Position numbers and translations under genes: made by a program | Shown here: one piece after another, positions 11,787 to 24,437 of the stretch | Layout of the letters: every line of letters begins with the position of its first letter | How positions within the stretch are numbered: position 1 is the first letter of the stretch | Origin: Diploschistes diacapsis | Taxonomy: Eukaryota | NCBI GenBank assembly: GCA_023645945.1 | Contig: JALAIB010000008.1 | Location: 1 to 54,306 of the forward strand | Length of the DNA stretch: 54,306 bases | Direction of reading: 5' to 3' | Notes under the pieces: generated by a model | Told to the model about the DNA's origin: nothing | What the model saw: the letters and a program-made list of their open reading frames with translations, nothing else | The model's database searches: none

Positions 11787-12696
11787 GATTACAAAGGGGA
11801 TCTTTCACGATAATTTTGGTATTGATCGCGATGACGGGGCTCGAGATCGCACAACCTCAAAGAACAAGCTCCGTAGGGGGCATAGGGCGGGGACAAATCT
11901 TTGCGGGCTGGAAACAATGTGCGGGTTGCAGCTAGTTAAGTATTAAGCGAGGCCCTAAGTCTTGGCATCATTTCTCTGTTATTTTGCTCCTCGATGATAT
12001 AGCCTGCACGACAACTATGGTACAGATGCGTTTCTTGACTCTGTATACTAATCTTGACTAGTTTAAGGAAAAAAAGCAAGTTCGTGCTCTATTTCTTAAT
12101 TAGACATTTCCTCGTCCAGTATACTTATATAAATATTACTGATACCGACCGGCCACGGCTGAAATTCTAGACCGAAGTTATTAAGAATCGAATCTGCGGC
12201 CGCAATCAAGGCCCAGGTCAGTAATAAACGTGGAGAGCGTGCATTAACTTACAATTAATACTGCTGACAAAAAGTAGTCCTAAAAAGAGCTGCGTTATTA
12301 GTAATAATACGCCTCCTTTAATTAGCAGTGAAATTTACGTTCCAAATCTACGACGTTTGTTACGGGGCCTTATTAGCCAGTCACTCAACTCCATCTCTAT
12401 ATCATTAAAACAAAATTACGAAGCGCAGTTTATAACCTTTGTTACACCTAGCGTAGATATGCTTGTATATATTATGGTGTGTCGTGCATCTCCACGTTGT
12501 ATCTCTATCTCCGAAGAAATCGTACCCCTTACGGAGCAGACCAGTATTCGGTTAAAATGTATCCAAAATGTCTTCGTCATTGAAGATGGAAGACATATAT
12601 ATAGCTCAATGATCGTTCCTGATTTATTGCCCGCTTCTTCATTACATTCAGATCCGACGTCAATCAAAGCTCCAATTAATTAAGCGATAAATCACC

Positions 12697-13724
12697 ATGC
12701 CTGATTATTTCCTCCCTCGGTTCCTATACTGGCAATTCTTTGTCACCCCACCACTACCCAAAGAAGACTTCGCAGGACAGACTGTAATAGTGACCGGAGG
12801 CAACAATGGGCTAGGCCTCGAAGCAGCCCGTCACTTCACCAATAAGAACGCTAAGAAAGTTGTCATCACCGCACGAACGCCCCCCAAGGGCGAAGCAGCC
12901 AAGGAGTCGATCGAGGAGAGCTCCGGAAGGAAAGGCGTTGTCGAAGTTTGGCCACTCGACCTCAACGACTACGCTTCCGTAAAGGCCTTTGTCCGGCAAT
13001 GCCAGTCCCTCGACCGGGTCGACGTCCTTGTCGAGAACGCCGGGATCCAAGTCAAGGAATGGGTGGTCACAGAGGGCAACGAATCGACCATCACCGTCAA
13101 CGTCATCTCCACCTTCCTCCTGGCTCTGATGATGCTCCCAAAGCTCCGCGAGACCGCATCAAAGTACAACGTCACGCCACATCTCGTCATCGTCGGCTCG
13201 GAAGTGCACTTCATGAACGACGGCAAGAAGGAGCGTGCGGCACCCAGCATCCTCGAGTACGTCCGGCAGGAGAAGAACGCCGAGATGGGCTTCCCGAGGT
13301 ACAGTCTTTCGAAGCTCTTTGAACTGCTCTACGTTCGGCAGCTCGCGCGACGCATCAACGAGGGCGGCAATCCGCAGGTTATCCTGAACCTCGTGAACCC
13401 TGGCCTCTGCCACACTGCAATGGCCGCGGAAGCGACGGCCATCCAAAAGGCCAGCTTATCTATTGTCGCTCGGTCGGCTGAAATCGGAGCAAGGAATTAT
13501 ATCTGCGCTGCTGCGGCGGGACAAGAGAGCCATGGACAGTTTTTGTCTAATGGGGTTGTGACCCAGTAGGTATCCTGAGATTTTGTTTGCAATCTGCGCT
13601 GACCTTATTAAGGCCGTCGATATTCGTGCGGTCCACGGAAGGGGAAGACTTTGGAAAGAGGCTGTATGATGAGATTAACGACGAGCTTGAGAGGATCCAG
13701 CCCGGTGTTCTGAAGAATATCTGA
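12697..13724 (+). CDS. Short-chain dehydrogenase/reductase (retinol-DH/WWOX-like classical SDR), 2 exons
   Basis: TGGNNGLG Rossmann motif, ENAG, catalytic YSLSK, NPG. After the intron at ~13566-13612 the last exon ends ...ELERIQPGVLKNI*. Confidence 0.9.
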
Positions 13725-14277
13725 GTCTGCGGTGTAAAGGCCGTACTTTTATGGGATATGGAGTTCAGTTAGAGCGGCGTCGGTAGCTCTGGTGCATACT
13801 AAGACTACCTGTTGATATGGAGGCTGAATGTCTAGTATGAGGAATGGAGTTATCGAAAGTCCTTAATCTAGTGATACCACCTCGCTTGCAATGGTAACTC
13901 TTTCTGTTATTCCTTGTAGAGATCTGACGGCCCCAACCAGTCATCCTTGCTTTTTCCATGCTCACGAGAGGCAGTCGGAAGACGGGGGACTGCTATGAAA
14001 GTACCAAATAGCATGAAACATATGATTGCCGCACTTGCAGAGCGGAGCCGTTTCCCTTCGAGTATTTACAAAAAAACAGAATAGCGATTGGGGTATCAAG
14101 ATGTGTGCCTTCCAAATTAGCACCGTCTCAGACCACGCCGTATGCAGTTCCCGCCACCAAGTTTCAAAACACCCAAACTTGAAGCCATAGCAAAACAATC
14201 ATAGCAATCAGTCGAATACTGTGAACGAGCCATTTCAAATGGCGCGCTTCAGTTGGCCCACCCCACAAAACAATAAA

Positions 14278-16299
14278 CTACGTGTCTCCTCGGTCCAAGC
14301 TGTCGAGGTACTCCCGGAACTCCTTCCCCTCCTCCGCCATAATAGCCACATGGGACATATCTGTTGCGCTCGACTCGAACTCTGACTCATGCATACCAGT
14401 CTCCGTACCTCCAGTATCATCCCAAGGTAGGCTCTTTATCTCATCGGTGTACACGTATGTTGGGCTGAGAAGGGCTTTCCCAGGTTCCGCTCCCGTTGTC
14501 CCTACCTCCTCATCGGCATGAAGCACTCGCCCTCCAACTGCAATGTCACTGACACGCACCTGGTAGACTAATGCCTTACGTCCCTCGAGTATTAGCTCCT
14601 CGGTCCAGTCGAGGCAGCGCTTGAGACTTTGGTTCAATTTTTGACTGTCAATTAGGAGCTCTTGGTGCTTGTTGAGGTCGAGGCGCAGGCGCTTTTCGTC
14701 TCGCGCACCTTGGCGAGCGTCTCGGCTGGCTTGAGCGCCTGGTGAGAGGGAAGCTGATGAGCTGTCGGTACCATCGAACCCATCTTCGTCGGAGGGCAGG
14801 TCAGTCATTACGTCATCGTCCTCGAAACCTTCTTCCTCAATGTCGCTGCCTATGCTATACGATTTCGAAAAACCAGTCGAAGTCGAGACAGATCGCTCAG
14901 TGGGTGCAATAGATAGACGACCAGAGCTGGTAAGTCGTCGGTACCGGCGCAATTCGGCTTTCTGCTTCCTCATTTCGCGTTCCAATGTTCGGTTGATGGC
15001 GAGCAAGGACGAGTTGCTGATCTCAAGATCTAGTACCTTCCTCTCTCGCCTTGCGTTTGCTGCTAGCGCGTTAAGTTCATCTATCTTTTTCTGGCTTGTT
15101 GTGGATTGCTGATTAGTAGGGCTTACAAGAGGGGATGTAGGAGTGGCAACTTTGGGTGGCAAGGTGTTAGTCTGAAGATTTAGAGATAATGGTGAAAGGG
15201 CGGTACCCGATAAGGACTGTGGCGATTGGAGAGCGAATAGCGATGGTGTATCTTGGGTAAAGCCTGTCACCGGCTTCTGAGCCGGTGCAGACGTCAGTGA
15301 TTGTGCTTTTGAGTGGCCGACTGCTGACTTCGGTTTCTGAGCAAAGATTGGCTTCGGCGTATTATAACGGGCCAAAGATGTCGAAGCTCCACTTTGCAAA
15401 CTTAGACTAGAGATGCCGGAAGATCTTCGGCCTCTCGTTCCTGTGTGCTCCGCTGGGACTTCAAACTCTTTCAGAGGCGATGTAGATCTCTGGCGCGCAT
15501 TTGAAGGAATAGAAGACCTGGCCCACGAATGGTAGTCCTGTGCATCCGTCGGCGAAGCGACAGTGGAAGGTTTGGGGGATACGCCTCCTGATTCCGGTGC
15601 ACCATTCGCATGATAGAACTTGGGCAAAACACTGGACTGTGACGACGGGACCTGCTTCGTCGTGGACTCTGGTCTCCCATCAGCATACGTAAAGGCTGCT
15701 TTCGGAGCTACACATCCTTGGAAAGTGCGTTTTGGAGCAGATCCAGCGTCGCTTGCGTAGAAGAACATAGGGGAATTCGCTCCGCTATTCACCGGTTGGG
15801 CTGGCCGTTCCGGAGACACGCCCTTACGAGCCTGGATGGGACTTTCTGTGGAGCTCGCAGCCGGACTCGGTCTGATTGGCATGGAATGCGTATTTGTGAT
15901 AAGGCTAAGCCCTTGGATCTCCAAGGTTCCATCGCACTTGGGGCTGGCAATTATCGAAGTTGGTCGAGAGCTTGCAGGTGTTCCATTTGGAGTACTTCGA
16001 GGAGTTGAAGAGGCACTGTCGACGCGGGCTCTTCGGGAGCCAGATCTTGGTGTGATGTTTGAGCTAAGGAAATTCTTGACCGGAGTACTGATATCCTCCC
16101 CTCCGCCGACCTTCGGAGTGGCATTGCTCACAGTCCCTTGCTCTTTCTTGATGCTAGGAGATGATACAGGATTTGGAGAGCCTGCAGCAAGAGGTGTGAT
16201 GTATGTGCCAACTTTACCTCGTATAGGAGCTTTCGGTGTCGTAACGGGTCTCCCTGTCAAAGGGGGTTTTCTCGTATCGTACGGCATCTCGAGGCGCAT
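14278..16299 (-). CDS. Conserved fungal hypothetical protein, Ser/Pro-rich disordered with C-terminal coiled coils
   Basis: 673-aa single ORF with blocks NARRERKVLDLEISNSSLLAINRTLEREMRKQKAELRRYRR and DLNKHQELLIDSQKLNQSLKRCL...GGRVL. Confidence 0.8.
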   Translation of the reverse strand: MRLEMPYDTRKPPLTGRPVTTPKAPIRGKVGTYITPLAAGSPNPVSSPSIKKEQGTVSNATPKVGGGEDISTPVKNFLSSNITPRSGSRRARVDSASSTPRSTPNGTPASSRPTSIIASPKCDGTLEIQGLSLITNTHSMPIRPSPAASSTESPIQARKGVSPERPAQPVNSGANSPMFFYASDAGSAPKRTFQGCVAPKAAFTYADGRPESTTKQVPSSQSSVLPKFYHANGAPESGGVSPKPSTVASPTDAQDYHSWARSSIPSNARQRSTSPLKEFEVPAEHTGTRGRRSSGISSLSLQSGASTSLARYNTPKPIFAQKPKSAVGHSKAQSLTSAPAQKPVTGFTQDTPSLFALQSPQSLSGTALSPLSLNLQTNTLPPKVATPTSPLVSPTNQQSTTSQKKIDELNALAANARRERKVLDLEISNSSLLAINRTLEREMRKQKAELRRYRRLTSSGRLSIAPTERSVSTSTGFSKSYSIGSDIEEEGFEDDDVMTDLPSDEDGFDGTDSSSASLSPGAQASRDARQGARDEKRLRLDLNKHQELLIDSQKLNQSLKRCLDWTEELILEGRKALVYQVRVSDIAVGGRVLHADEEVGTTGAEPGKALLSPTYVYTDEIKSLPWDDTGGTETGMHESEFESSATDMSHVAIMAEEGKEFREYLDSLDRGDT

Positions 16300-16757
16300 T
16301 ATTGACCGTCAGGCGCGGCGATCGGCGGGAGGTGCCCATTCATCTGTAGATCCTAGTCGAGTCTAGGTGGAAAACTCGTTAGCTGTCATCGTATGCCGGC
16401 TGCAAGGTCAATCTTGTATGGAGGTAGCGGGTGTTGACGTTGCTACCAAAACACCAGAAGCGAGCGTTGATTATCTGGTGCGGAGGCAGTAGCGAGGGGG
16501 TTTAGGCCCCCGGCTAAGAAAGCACGCGGGGAAACGGCCCGGGTGGATTTCCATGTAAGTTACTTGTACGGAGTATTACATTACACAACGCGAGCGATGC
16601 ACAAATGACGCGCTTAAGGATCCTTCCGCCAGCTTCGTATAACTAGGTAGATGTACACTGCTGAAGCCAAGGCTTTGAAACCATAAAGTTCTTTGTGCCA
16701 GTTGATAGGTCATAGCACCATGCGCAAAGCCCCATCCTGAGACGCTGAGCGCAGAGA

Positions 16758-18806
16758 ATGCGGCAAAACACAAGCATACAGGCCACGACATTCAATAATG
16801 ACCCCCGCGAAGGCCAGCAAGCTTGTCCTGAGCCTCAATTGGTGAGTGATAATGCTTACGGAGAAGAGTTGTCGGAACCAGAAAACCTGCGAAGTGAACA
16901 TGAGTCGCTCAAATATCACCTGTTGGGTCCTTCCTTGACCAAGGCTGGCCAAGATAAGGTTGATCAGCAAAAGGTAAACCAGCCATTCATCTTCTTAAAC
17001 TGATACTGAGCTAGCCCATAGATATCTGAGATTATCTACAACGCATCGAAGGGCTCCAAGTTCTTCAACAACGAAGAAGTGAAAGACAAGGTCCTCACGC
17101 AAAAGATTGAACGCATTCTAGCTAGAAAAGCGCAGCTGGAGAAACTCGATCTTACGCACGATTTGCGGAAAGCAGATGACTATATCGCACAGCTCGAACT
17201 ATCTCGGGATCTGTCTCAAACTATTATTCATATTGATTGCGATGCTTTCTATGCTGCTGTGGAGGAACTTGATCGTCCTGAGCTGAAAAACGTACCGTTC
17301 GCTGTGGGAAAGGGAGTGTTGACAACTTGCAACTATGAAGCGCGAAAGTATGGCTGTAGAAGCGCTATGGCGGGCTTCGTCGCGAAGAAGCTATGCCCAC
17401 AACTTGTGCAGTTGCCCCTGAACTTCGCCAAATACACTGCCAAAGCAACCGAGGTGCGGGCGATATTGGCGGAGTATGATCCGAGGTTTGAGAGCGCAAG
17501 TATTGACGAAGCGTATCTTAATATCACCGAATACTGCGAGGATAACGACATAAAGCCAGAGGATGTAGTAAGCCAGCTTCGTCGGGAGGTTGAAGACAAG
17601 ACAAAGATCACAATTTCCGCCGGGATAGCTGCAAATGCAAAGATTGCGAAGATTGCTTCGAATAAGAATAAACCGAACGGACAATGTTTTGTGCCCAGCG
17701 ACAGGAACTCCATTCTGTTGTTCATGCGAGATTTGCCTACTCGGAAGGTCAACGGTATTGGAAGGGTCTTCGAGCGCGAACTAAGAGCCATCGGAGTGGA
17801 GACTTGTGGAGATATATATGCTCATAGGGCCTACCTAAACAGGCTTTTTGGCGGAAAGGCTTCCCAGTTCTTGATTCAATCCTATCTGGGTCTGGGCCGA
17901 ACTAATGTGCAACCGGCTGAAGAATACGAGAGGAAGAGCGTGGGCACGGAGAGTACTTTTCACGACAAGCAGGGCGACGAGCTCTTCGAACAGCTGAAGT
18001 GGACTGCAGAGGAGCTCGAGAAAGACTTGTCACGTACTCAGTTTAAAGGCCGTACTCTTGTTTTGAAGATTAAGTTGTATACCTACGAGGTTTTCACGAG
18101 ACAAGTTGCTCCTCCAAAAGCGGTTAGCACAGCAGAAGATCTGTACAAGTACTCCGTGCCGATGCTTGTAAAGCTCAATCAGGAGATTCCGAACATGAAG
18201 CTCCGCTTGATGGGCTTGAGGTGCACGCATTTAGTAAGTGCAAAGAAAAAAGGGGCCGACTTTTTCGGCTTTCGGCGTCCGGTGAACGGAAACAGTACTT
18301 CTGAGAAGACTAAACTTGGGCGAGAAAACTCATCCATGGAGAGCGACAACGGAGGGTGGGAAGTCTGGCCTGAAGGTGAATTCGAGGAAGCAGCTCGGCA
18401 AGAGAAAGAGGATGAGATGAACGATCTCGAGCGTCTGAGTCAAGAAGTAGCTGAAGCTGGGCAGGATGCCCCAACGGGCTCAAGCGAAACGCCAGACGAG
18501 ATAACGGGCGCTGATGGTGCGGCATGCTGGGATTGCCCCATTTGTAGCCGACCACTACCCGCTGAGGACGCTACTTTCAACGCACATATAGACCTGTGTC
18601 TGTCTCGTCAGACTATCAAAAAAGCAGTTCAGGACCACAACACTTCAAGCGAGGCACCGGTACCACTACCAAAGCCGGTAACGGTTGAGGCCAAGACTGT
18701 TGTGCATCGCGGCAGAGGCCGTCCTGCAAAACGGAAAGTGGCAGCTTTAACAATCAACTCCACGCCCGTTGAAAATACCAAAAAAATCAAGGCGTTCTTT
18801 GGCTGA
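16758..18806 (+). CDS. POLK: Y-family DNA polymerase kappa (DinB family), 2 exons; start codon approximate
   Basis: N-clasp KAGQDKVDQQK-ISEIIYNASKGSKFF (intron ~16974-17021), catalytic HIDCDAFY and SIDEAYL, TCNYEARKYG, UBZ finger CPIC...HIDLC, C-terminal PIP-like KKIKAFFG. Confidence 0.93.
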
Positions 18807-19776
18807 TCTGCAAAATGGTACAACGAGCATAGTAAGGTATGACTCTGAGTATTGGCCCACATAGGCTTCGACCCACGAGTGTTTTCGAAGTCGATGCGTG
18901 ATCTGTGACTGAGAAACAATGTACCCGGTCATACTTGGCTTTTGAGTTTCACACGTTGGCTTTTCGATCTCCAGTGGCGCACATGGCGATCCAGAAACCA
19001 TTGGAAGTTGCTCCAGTTTCAGAATCGGTAGCACCACGCGTCCTGCACTATGTCAACAACGGCGCCACATACAGGTGGTCAGCGCCGTGAACGGATGACA
19101 AAGCTTGGCATGCGCAACACAGGTCCAGCACGCGAGGAAGACGACATTCGTGATACATGCGGACGCAACTGGCAACTGAGGCAGCCGGATTGGGCGTCGG
19201 TTGAATGGCGCAGCGGGCTGAACGAGTGGACGGAGGTGCGGTGAAGGAAAAGCAAGAAGATAAGAAGTTTGGAAGAGGTGAGCTCGATAATACAGAACTT
19301 CCCATATTAGGGTGCCTTGAGGGAATATGGTAGGGCTATCGATTTTGTGTTCGCAAGACAGTACCAAAGGCTTGATGTGACGAATTAATAGCGATCCACC
19401 TTCGCCCCATAAGCTTAAATTCCCGCCATCATTCCAAACAAAAGCCGGTTCGTATAAGGGTGCCGTAAACACAGCATTACCCTGAGCCTTCTTTCCAGCT
19501 TAAAAGAACATCGGCCAACTTGCCTCAATCTCCTATCTCCCGCCTATCTCCCGCCTCGCCCTGCCTCCCACAGCTCCGAGTTCCATACCTCGTACGCTTC
19601 GCACACCCGCTCCGCTCCGCACACCCTGCACCAGCCTCTAACCCTCTCATCTCTCTCCCCTTCCCCTCCCTCCCTACCTGAATTCCGTTCACCAACTAGC
19701 CGCCCCGAACTTGAAGCAGAAGTCCATGTACCCTTTGCGCCGCCACCACATATGCCTCCCGTAGCCGCAGAGAAGA

Positions 19777-19780
<4 letters not shown>

Positions 19781-19820
<40 letters not shown>

Positions 19821-19838
19821 GAGCGAGAGAGAAAGAGA
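19781..19838. repeat. (GA)n microsatellite, ~29 units with a few interruptions
   Basis: Read directly from the sequence. Confidence 0.97.
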
Positions 19839-20592
19839 AACTGGCCAGCGACTGCCGGACCTACCTACCGACCACAAGACGCCGTTTTGTCCTCTGTGCA
19901 GCGGTCCCATAGATGTCGGGCGGCGTTTTGTGGGCATGTTGAGCGGTTGTAGCATTCCGCCGCGCAGCATTGTACAATCCGTGCCTGTTTCGATGCGGTT
20001 GTGCTTCGACTGGGCTTTGGTCCGGGGGGATTTTTTTTTGGGAGCGGTGGGGGGTTAATCAATTGCTTCTGGTGCAAATGTCTGGCTCGCTTGCTTGCTC
20101 TGGTGAAGGATTGGGAGGCACGCGGCGTCTGGTATGGGATTGAAGTTGGAATAAAGGGGACGGGATGGGGCTGGAACCGAGAGTCGCATATTGTCGAAGG
20201 CCCGGGGGGATGGTTGGAAATATAAATAGTTGGCGTTGTTGACGTTAACATGGTCTGGGGTTAAGGACTTCACAGCTCGACCCATGGGATCATGGGCTCG
20301 GTCGGGCGAATGTTGAAGCGTGATTAATGAATATTTAGAGGCGTTTGCTATAAACATGGCAATGGTATGACAGTACGATAACAGGGTATAAATGGAACGA
20401 ACGTCCTCGCTGGACCCGGTATACTGCGCCCCCCCCCCCGAATTACTCGCTCTACCCAGAAGAGCGGGTTGGGAAGATTCAATTATAGTTCGGTATATGT
20501 TCAAAAGTACCAAAAGTTCCGTGCAAAGCCTTTGGCGTGCACGATCGCATTTAGAAGCTCCTTTTCGACAGCAGTCGTCAGCGTTTCGGCGC

Positions 20593-21626
20593 CTAGACGG
20601 TGCCCTTCTCATCCTTGGTGGCGGCCGCCTCCATGCCCTTCACGGACCAGGGGAAGTGGGCGACGGGGATGACGAAGAAGCTGTTGGAGTCGTCGAGGAT
20701 ACCAGCCAATGCGTTGTACCAGGCAAGGAAGGAAGCGAGGATGCCAAAGGCGCCACCGGCCGTCAACACGGATGAATTCGGCGTGTTGGACGTGCCACGA
20801 GAGAGATAGCCGATACCGAGCAGCAAAAAGGCCATGTCGAGGGTGAAGAAGAGGAAGAAGAAGGCCACGGTCGAACGGAGGGTTGCCAAGAGCATGAGGA
20901 AGGTGAAGATGAACCATCCCTAGTATGGTGTTAGACGATACTGTCCGCTCTACGATCCAAAGGATCACTCTTACTATAAGTAGCAGACCGAAAGAATCGT
21001 AGAAGGCCGCACTGGTGGGGCCGCCTAGCGCATCTACGATTCCGAATCCACCGGGCGTCAAGACGATGCCGAAAGTGATCCAAAACCCACCATACGACGA
21101 CAAGGCGGTGGCACCGAAAGTGTTACCAACAGCCATCTCCCTGTTCCAGTGTCAGCTGTCATTGCACAGCAGTCGTACAGTCTTCCGTGATGGTATATGA
21201 CCGGACTGGGCGAACCTACCACATGCCGGCGAGCAACTGAATGAGGCCACCATAGCCAAAGGCAGAAGCGACGACGATGTTGGGCTCAGAAAGACCTCGG
21301 GTTCCCATGTTGATGAGACTGAGTACAAAGGTCGTCAAGGCGAAAGCACTGAGACCGAGCGGAGCAGGGTTGGCGAACTTGCGCTGGGCAACGGAGGAAA
21401 AGGTACCGGGCTGGAACTCTCCTCCAAAGGGGGCATGGCGGATCCCTCCTGTGGTGCCGACGTGGGCGAGAGGGCCGTAGCCGAAGCGTGCGGCGGACCT
21501 GGCGGCCTGGTGCTCTTCGTGGGTCATGTGCTTCGTGATTTCATGCTCGTCGTTCCCGTGGGCGTGGACGTTGTTTGCTGTCTGTGCTTGGGCGTACTGA
21601 GTGTTTGGGTTTGCGGTAGTCGCCAT
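20593..21626 (-). CDS. GPR1/FUN34/YaaH (Ady2/AcpA-like) acetate transporter, 3 exons
   Basis: FGGEFQPG, FANPAPLGLSAFALTT, GGLIQLLAGMW-EMAVGNTFGATALSSYGGFW, AFGILASFLAWYNA. Confidence 0.95.
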
Positions 21627-22124
21627 TGTGCGAGCTGCTGCGTAACGCAAGTCTTAGACTGTTATATGACGCTAGCTGGGTAGATACAGGCTTTATCAGT
21701 CGACCCCTTCCTTTTTGGATTCAGCTGGAGCTCGAATTCAATGATGCACTGCTTACTTCTGTCGAAGGAGGAAGAGAAATGACAGTCTGGGGAGAGAGAG
21801 CAGGGACCGTGGGCTTTGCTTTAAGGGTTACATGTCATGGGGGACGGCAGAGTATTTGACCTTTCCTTTTTCTGGGGATTATCCCCGCATGAGGCAGGTA
21901 AGGTAACGCTTCGAGCGACATACGAAACAAAACGGCAGGTGCACTTTGTAGCAAGTAGCACGTGACACCGCGTTTCCTACGAATCATTGACAATACTCGC
22001 ATACAGACGCAGCATGCGCAACGTTTGATGCGCCTCGTTTTCCCACCAAAAACTCCAGCCAAGTACATACAATTCAGATGCCGTTAGTCGTTTGGACCAT
22101 GCGAGGCCAATTGATGCACAGGAG

Positions 22125-22892
22125 TCATAGACACCTCACGGCCACCCAGCCGAGGCCTCCGACCCATCTCTTGCTTGTTGTTTTACAAGGCAAGCATACC
22201 CTGCCTTCGTCGGCATAGACCACCGCGCATCCGTCGCATACATTGCGCCGGCACTCCTGACACATGTGTTGCGGCCCATCGTCCAAGACCCCGGCATCGA
22301 TGTTCATTGCGCATTCATCTCTATTCAGTAATGCAGTCTCGCAATCGTCACATCTGACGAGCGGAATGGGAGGCGCTGCCGTGGGCATGACTTCTTGAGA
22401 CATGCTCTGTCGATGTGGCAGTGCCCAAAAGCTGTGCAGCGACGCCTGCGTTTGCTTCGTGCTCGACTTCGTTAACGTTGAAGGCATCGGTCGAGATTGT
22501 GATGGAGCGGGCATTGAAGACGAGAATGTTGGTTGCTGAGCCTGGAAGAGTTTCTGAAACGTGTTTTCTGTGCTTCAATCAGCGATGGAGAAATTGCAGG
22601 TCTCCAGGCTTGCCGTACCATAGACGACCTCATCGCTGGGCCTGTTATTCCTGTAGCGTTTGCGTGTGCGGCTGTTGAGATAAGACGGCATATCGGAGGT
22701 GGCGACATCCATAGCCCATTGATCGAGATCACAAGCATCTCCAAAAGCATCCTGCATCATCGCGTCGCGATGGGACTGATAGGAGCCGCTGTCACATGGG
22801 GAAGGACTCGAAGCGTCCGACTGGGCGGTAGAAGTTGCACTAGAGGGCGAGAAGGCAGAGTCGGATCGTTTACGCTTAAGACCCATACCCAT
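22125..22892 (-). CDS. Conserved fungal hypothetical protein with an NLS-like N-terminus and a C-terminal Cys-rich (zinc-binding) region, 2 exons
   Basis: MGLKRKRS, LNSRTRKRYRNNRP...Y|ENTFQKLFQAQ (intron ~22570-22618), CDDC...CQECRRNVCDGC...CLPC, KRWVGGLGW. Confidence 0.75.
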
Positions 22893-23341
22893 TGCTGTGA
22901 TAAGTAAAGTAATGATAGCACGGATCAAAAACGAACGATGTCGATGAACTCGGTGGAAGAGTATTCGCGTAAAGAGTTGACAGGTCCATGACGCGAATCG
23001 GCCGCGACCCCCTTCCAGTACGAAACAATACACGCTAGTTCGAGATAGGTAAATTGGCAGCAATTCTCGAACCTCTTGCCGTTGCCATTCAAATTACTGA
23101 CCCAAAATCTATTGCCTGCTGCATCATCAGTCTGGCATGCCTGCGATGTAGACACTTCTTGAGAGATGCGAATGAAGGGCAATGGCAGCAATTGCTATCC
23201 TCCCTGGGAAGGCGTGACGTGAGTTGCCCCTCATCGACCCCACCTACTGATAGATAAATACATGTCTCTGCACTGCTCCAAAAGAAACTCTTTGTGGTGT
23301 ACTGCAACTTCAATATGTGAGGGTATAAGTACTTCGACAAG

Positions 23342-24437
23342 ATGTCTCAGGCACTGAAGCGTAGTGCTACACACGCTGGCTCGTGGTATTCTGGCGATGC
23401 AACTACTTTGTCGAATGAGCTCGACACGTGGCTATCGAATGTTCCGAGCTCAGTTGATGGGAAGCAGATTCCCCAGAGAGGGGGGAGAGTAATCATTGCC
23501 CCGTCAGTCTCTCTACTGTACTCATATTGCTCGCTTTCTCACTTGCTTCAGGCATGCCGGATATTCCTACTCGGGACCCAACGCCGCATGGGCCTATAAG
23601 TCTTTAGATGTCTCACAGGCGTGAGGTCGCCCCTGTTTCCTTAGTAGGACCATCGCTTAATAGAGCTGCAGGAAGCGTGTCTTTCTCCTTGGGCCCTCAC
23701 ACCACTACTACCTTACCAACTGTGCCCTCTCGGAGTTTGCATACTACTCAACGCCCTTCGGAGACTTGAAACTAGATCAAGATGTCATGGCCAAGCTCTA
23801 CGAGACGAAGAAGTTTGGCACAATGAAGCCAGACACGGACGAGGAGGAACACAGCATGGAGCTACACCTGCCCTATATCTTCAAGATACTGTCAAGGAAT
23901 TTCGCTGCGGACAGATTCCCCACCCTCGTCCCCATCTTGGTGGGAAACACAAGTGCCGGAGTAGAAGAAGATTTTGGTACGATCCTGGCACCGTATCTAG
24001 CAGACCCTGAAAATGTCTTTGTCGTGAGCTCGGATTTTGCACACTGGGGCATTCGCTTTTCGTATACAAACTATCTGTCCGACCTCGGCTCGGTGGGAAG
24101 CATTAGGTCGCTGAGAAGCTCGGACAAGAAGGTTGATAGCCCCAAGATTTACGAAAGTATTGAAGCGATAGATAAGATTACAATGGAGGCCATCGGGACA
24201 GGGGAACATGGCAACTTCCTGAAGTCGCTGAGGAAGACAGGTAACACTGTCTGCGGCAGACACCCTATAGGTATCGTCATGGCCGCTATGGAGCATCTGC
24301 AGGAAGAGTCAAAGATTGCAGACACCCGTTTTCAGTTTGTGCAGTACTCGAGGAGCAGTAACTGCATCAAGGTCACGGATAGCAGTGTGAGCTACGTCAG
24401 CGCATATGCGGTGATAGAGTCTACAGGTAAACAATAG
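23342..24437 (+). CDS. MEMO1/Mho1 family protein, 3 exons
   Basis: RSATHAGSWY, IAP-HAGYSYSG (spliced), RVFLLGPSHH, EEEHSMELHLP, SSDFAHWG, NTVCGRHPI, DSSVSYVSA. Confidence 0.94.

Noticed and set aside
19689..19970. ORFs containing (SL)n or (ER)n runs
   Set aside because: They are simply translations of the GA microsatellite.
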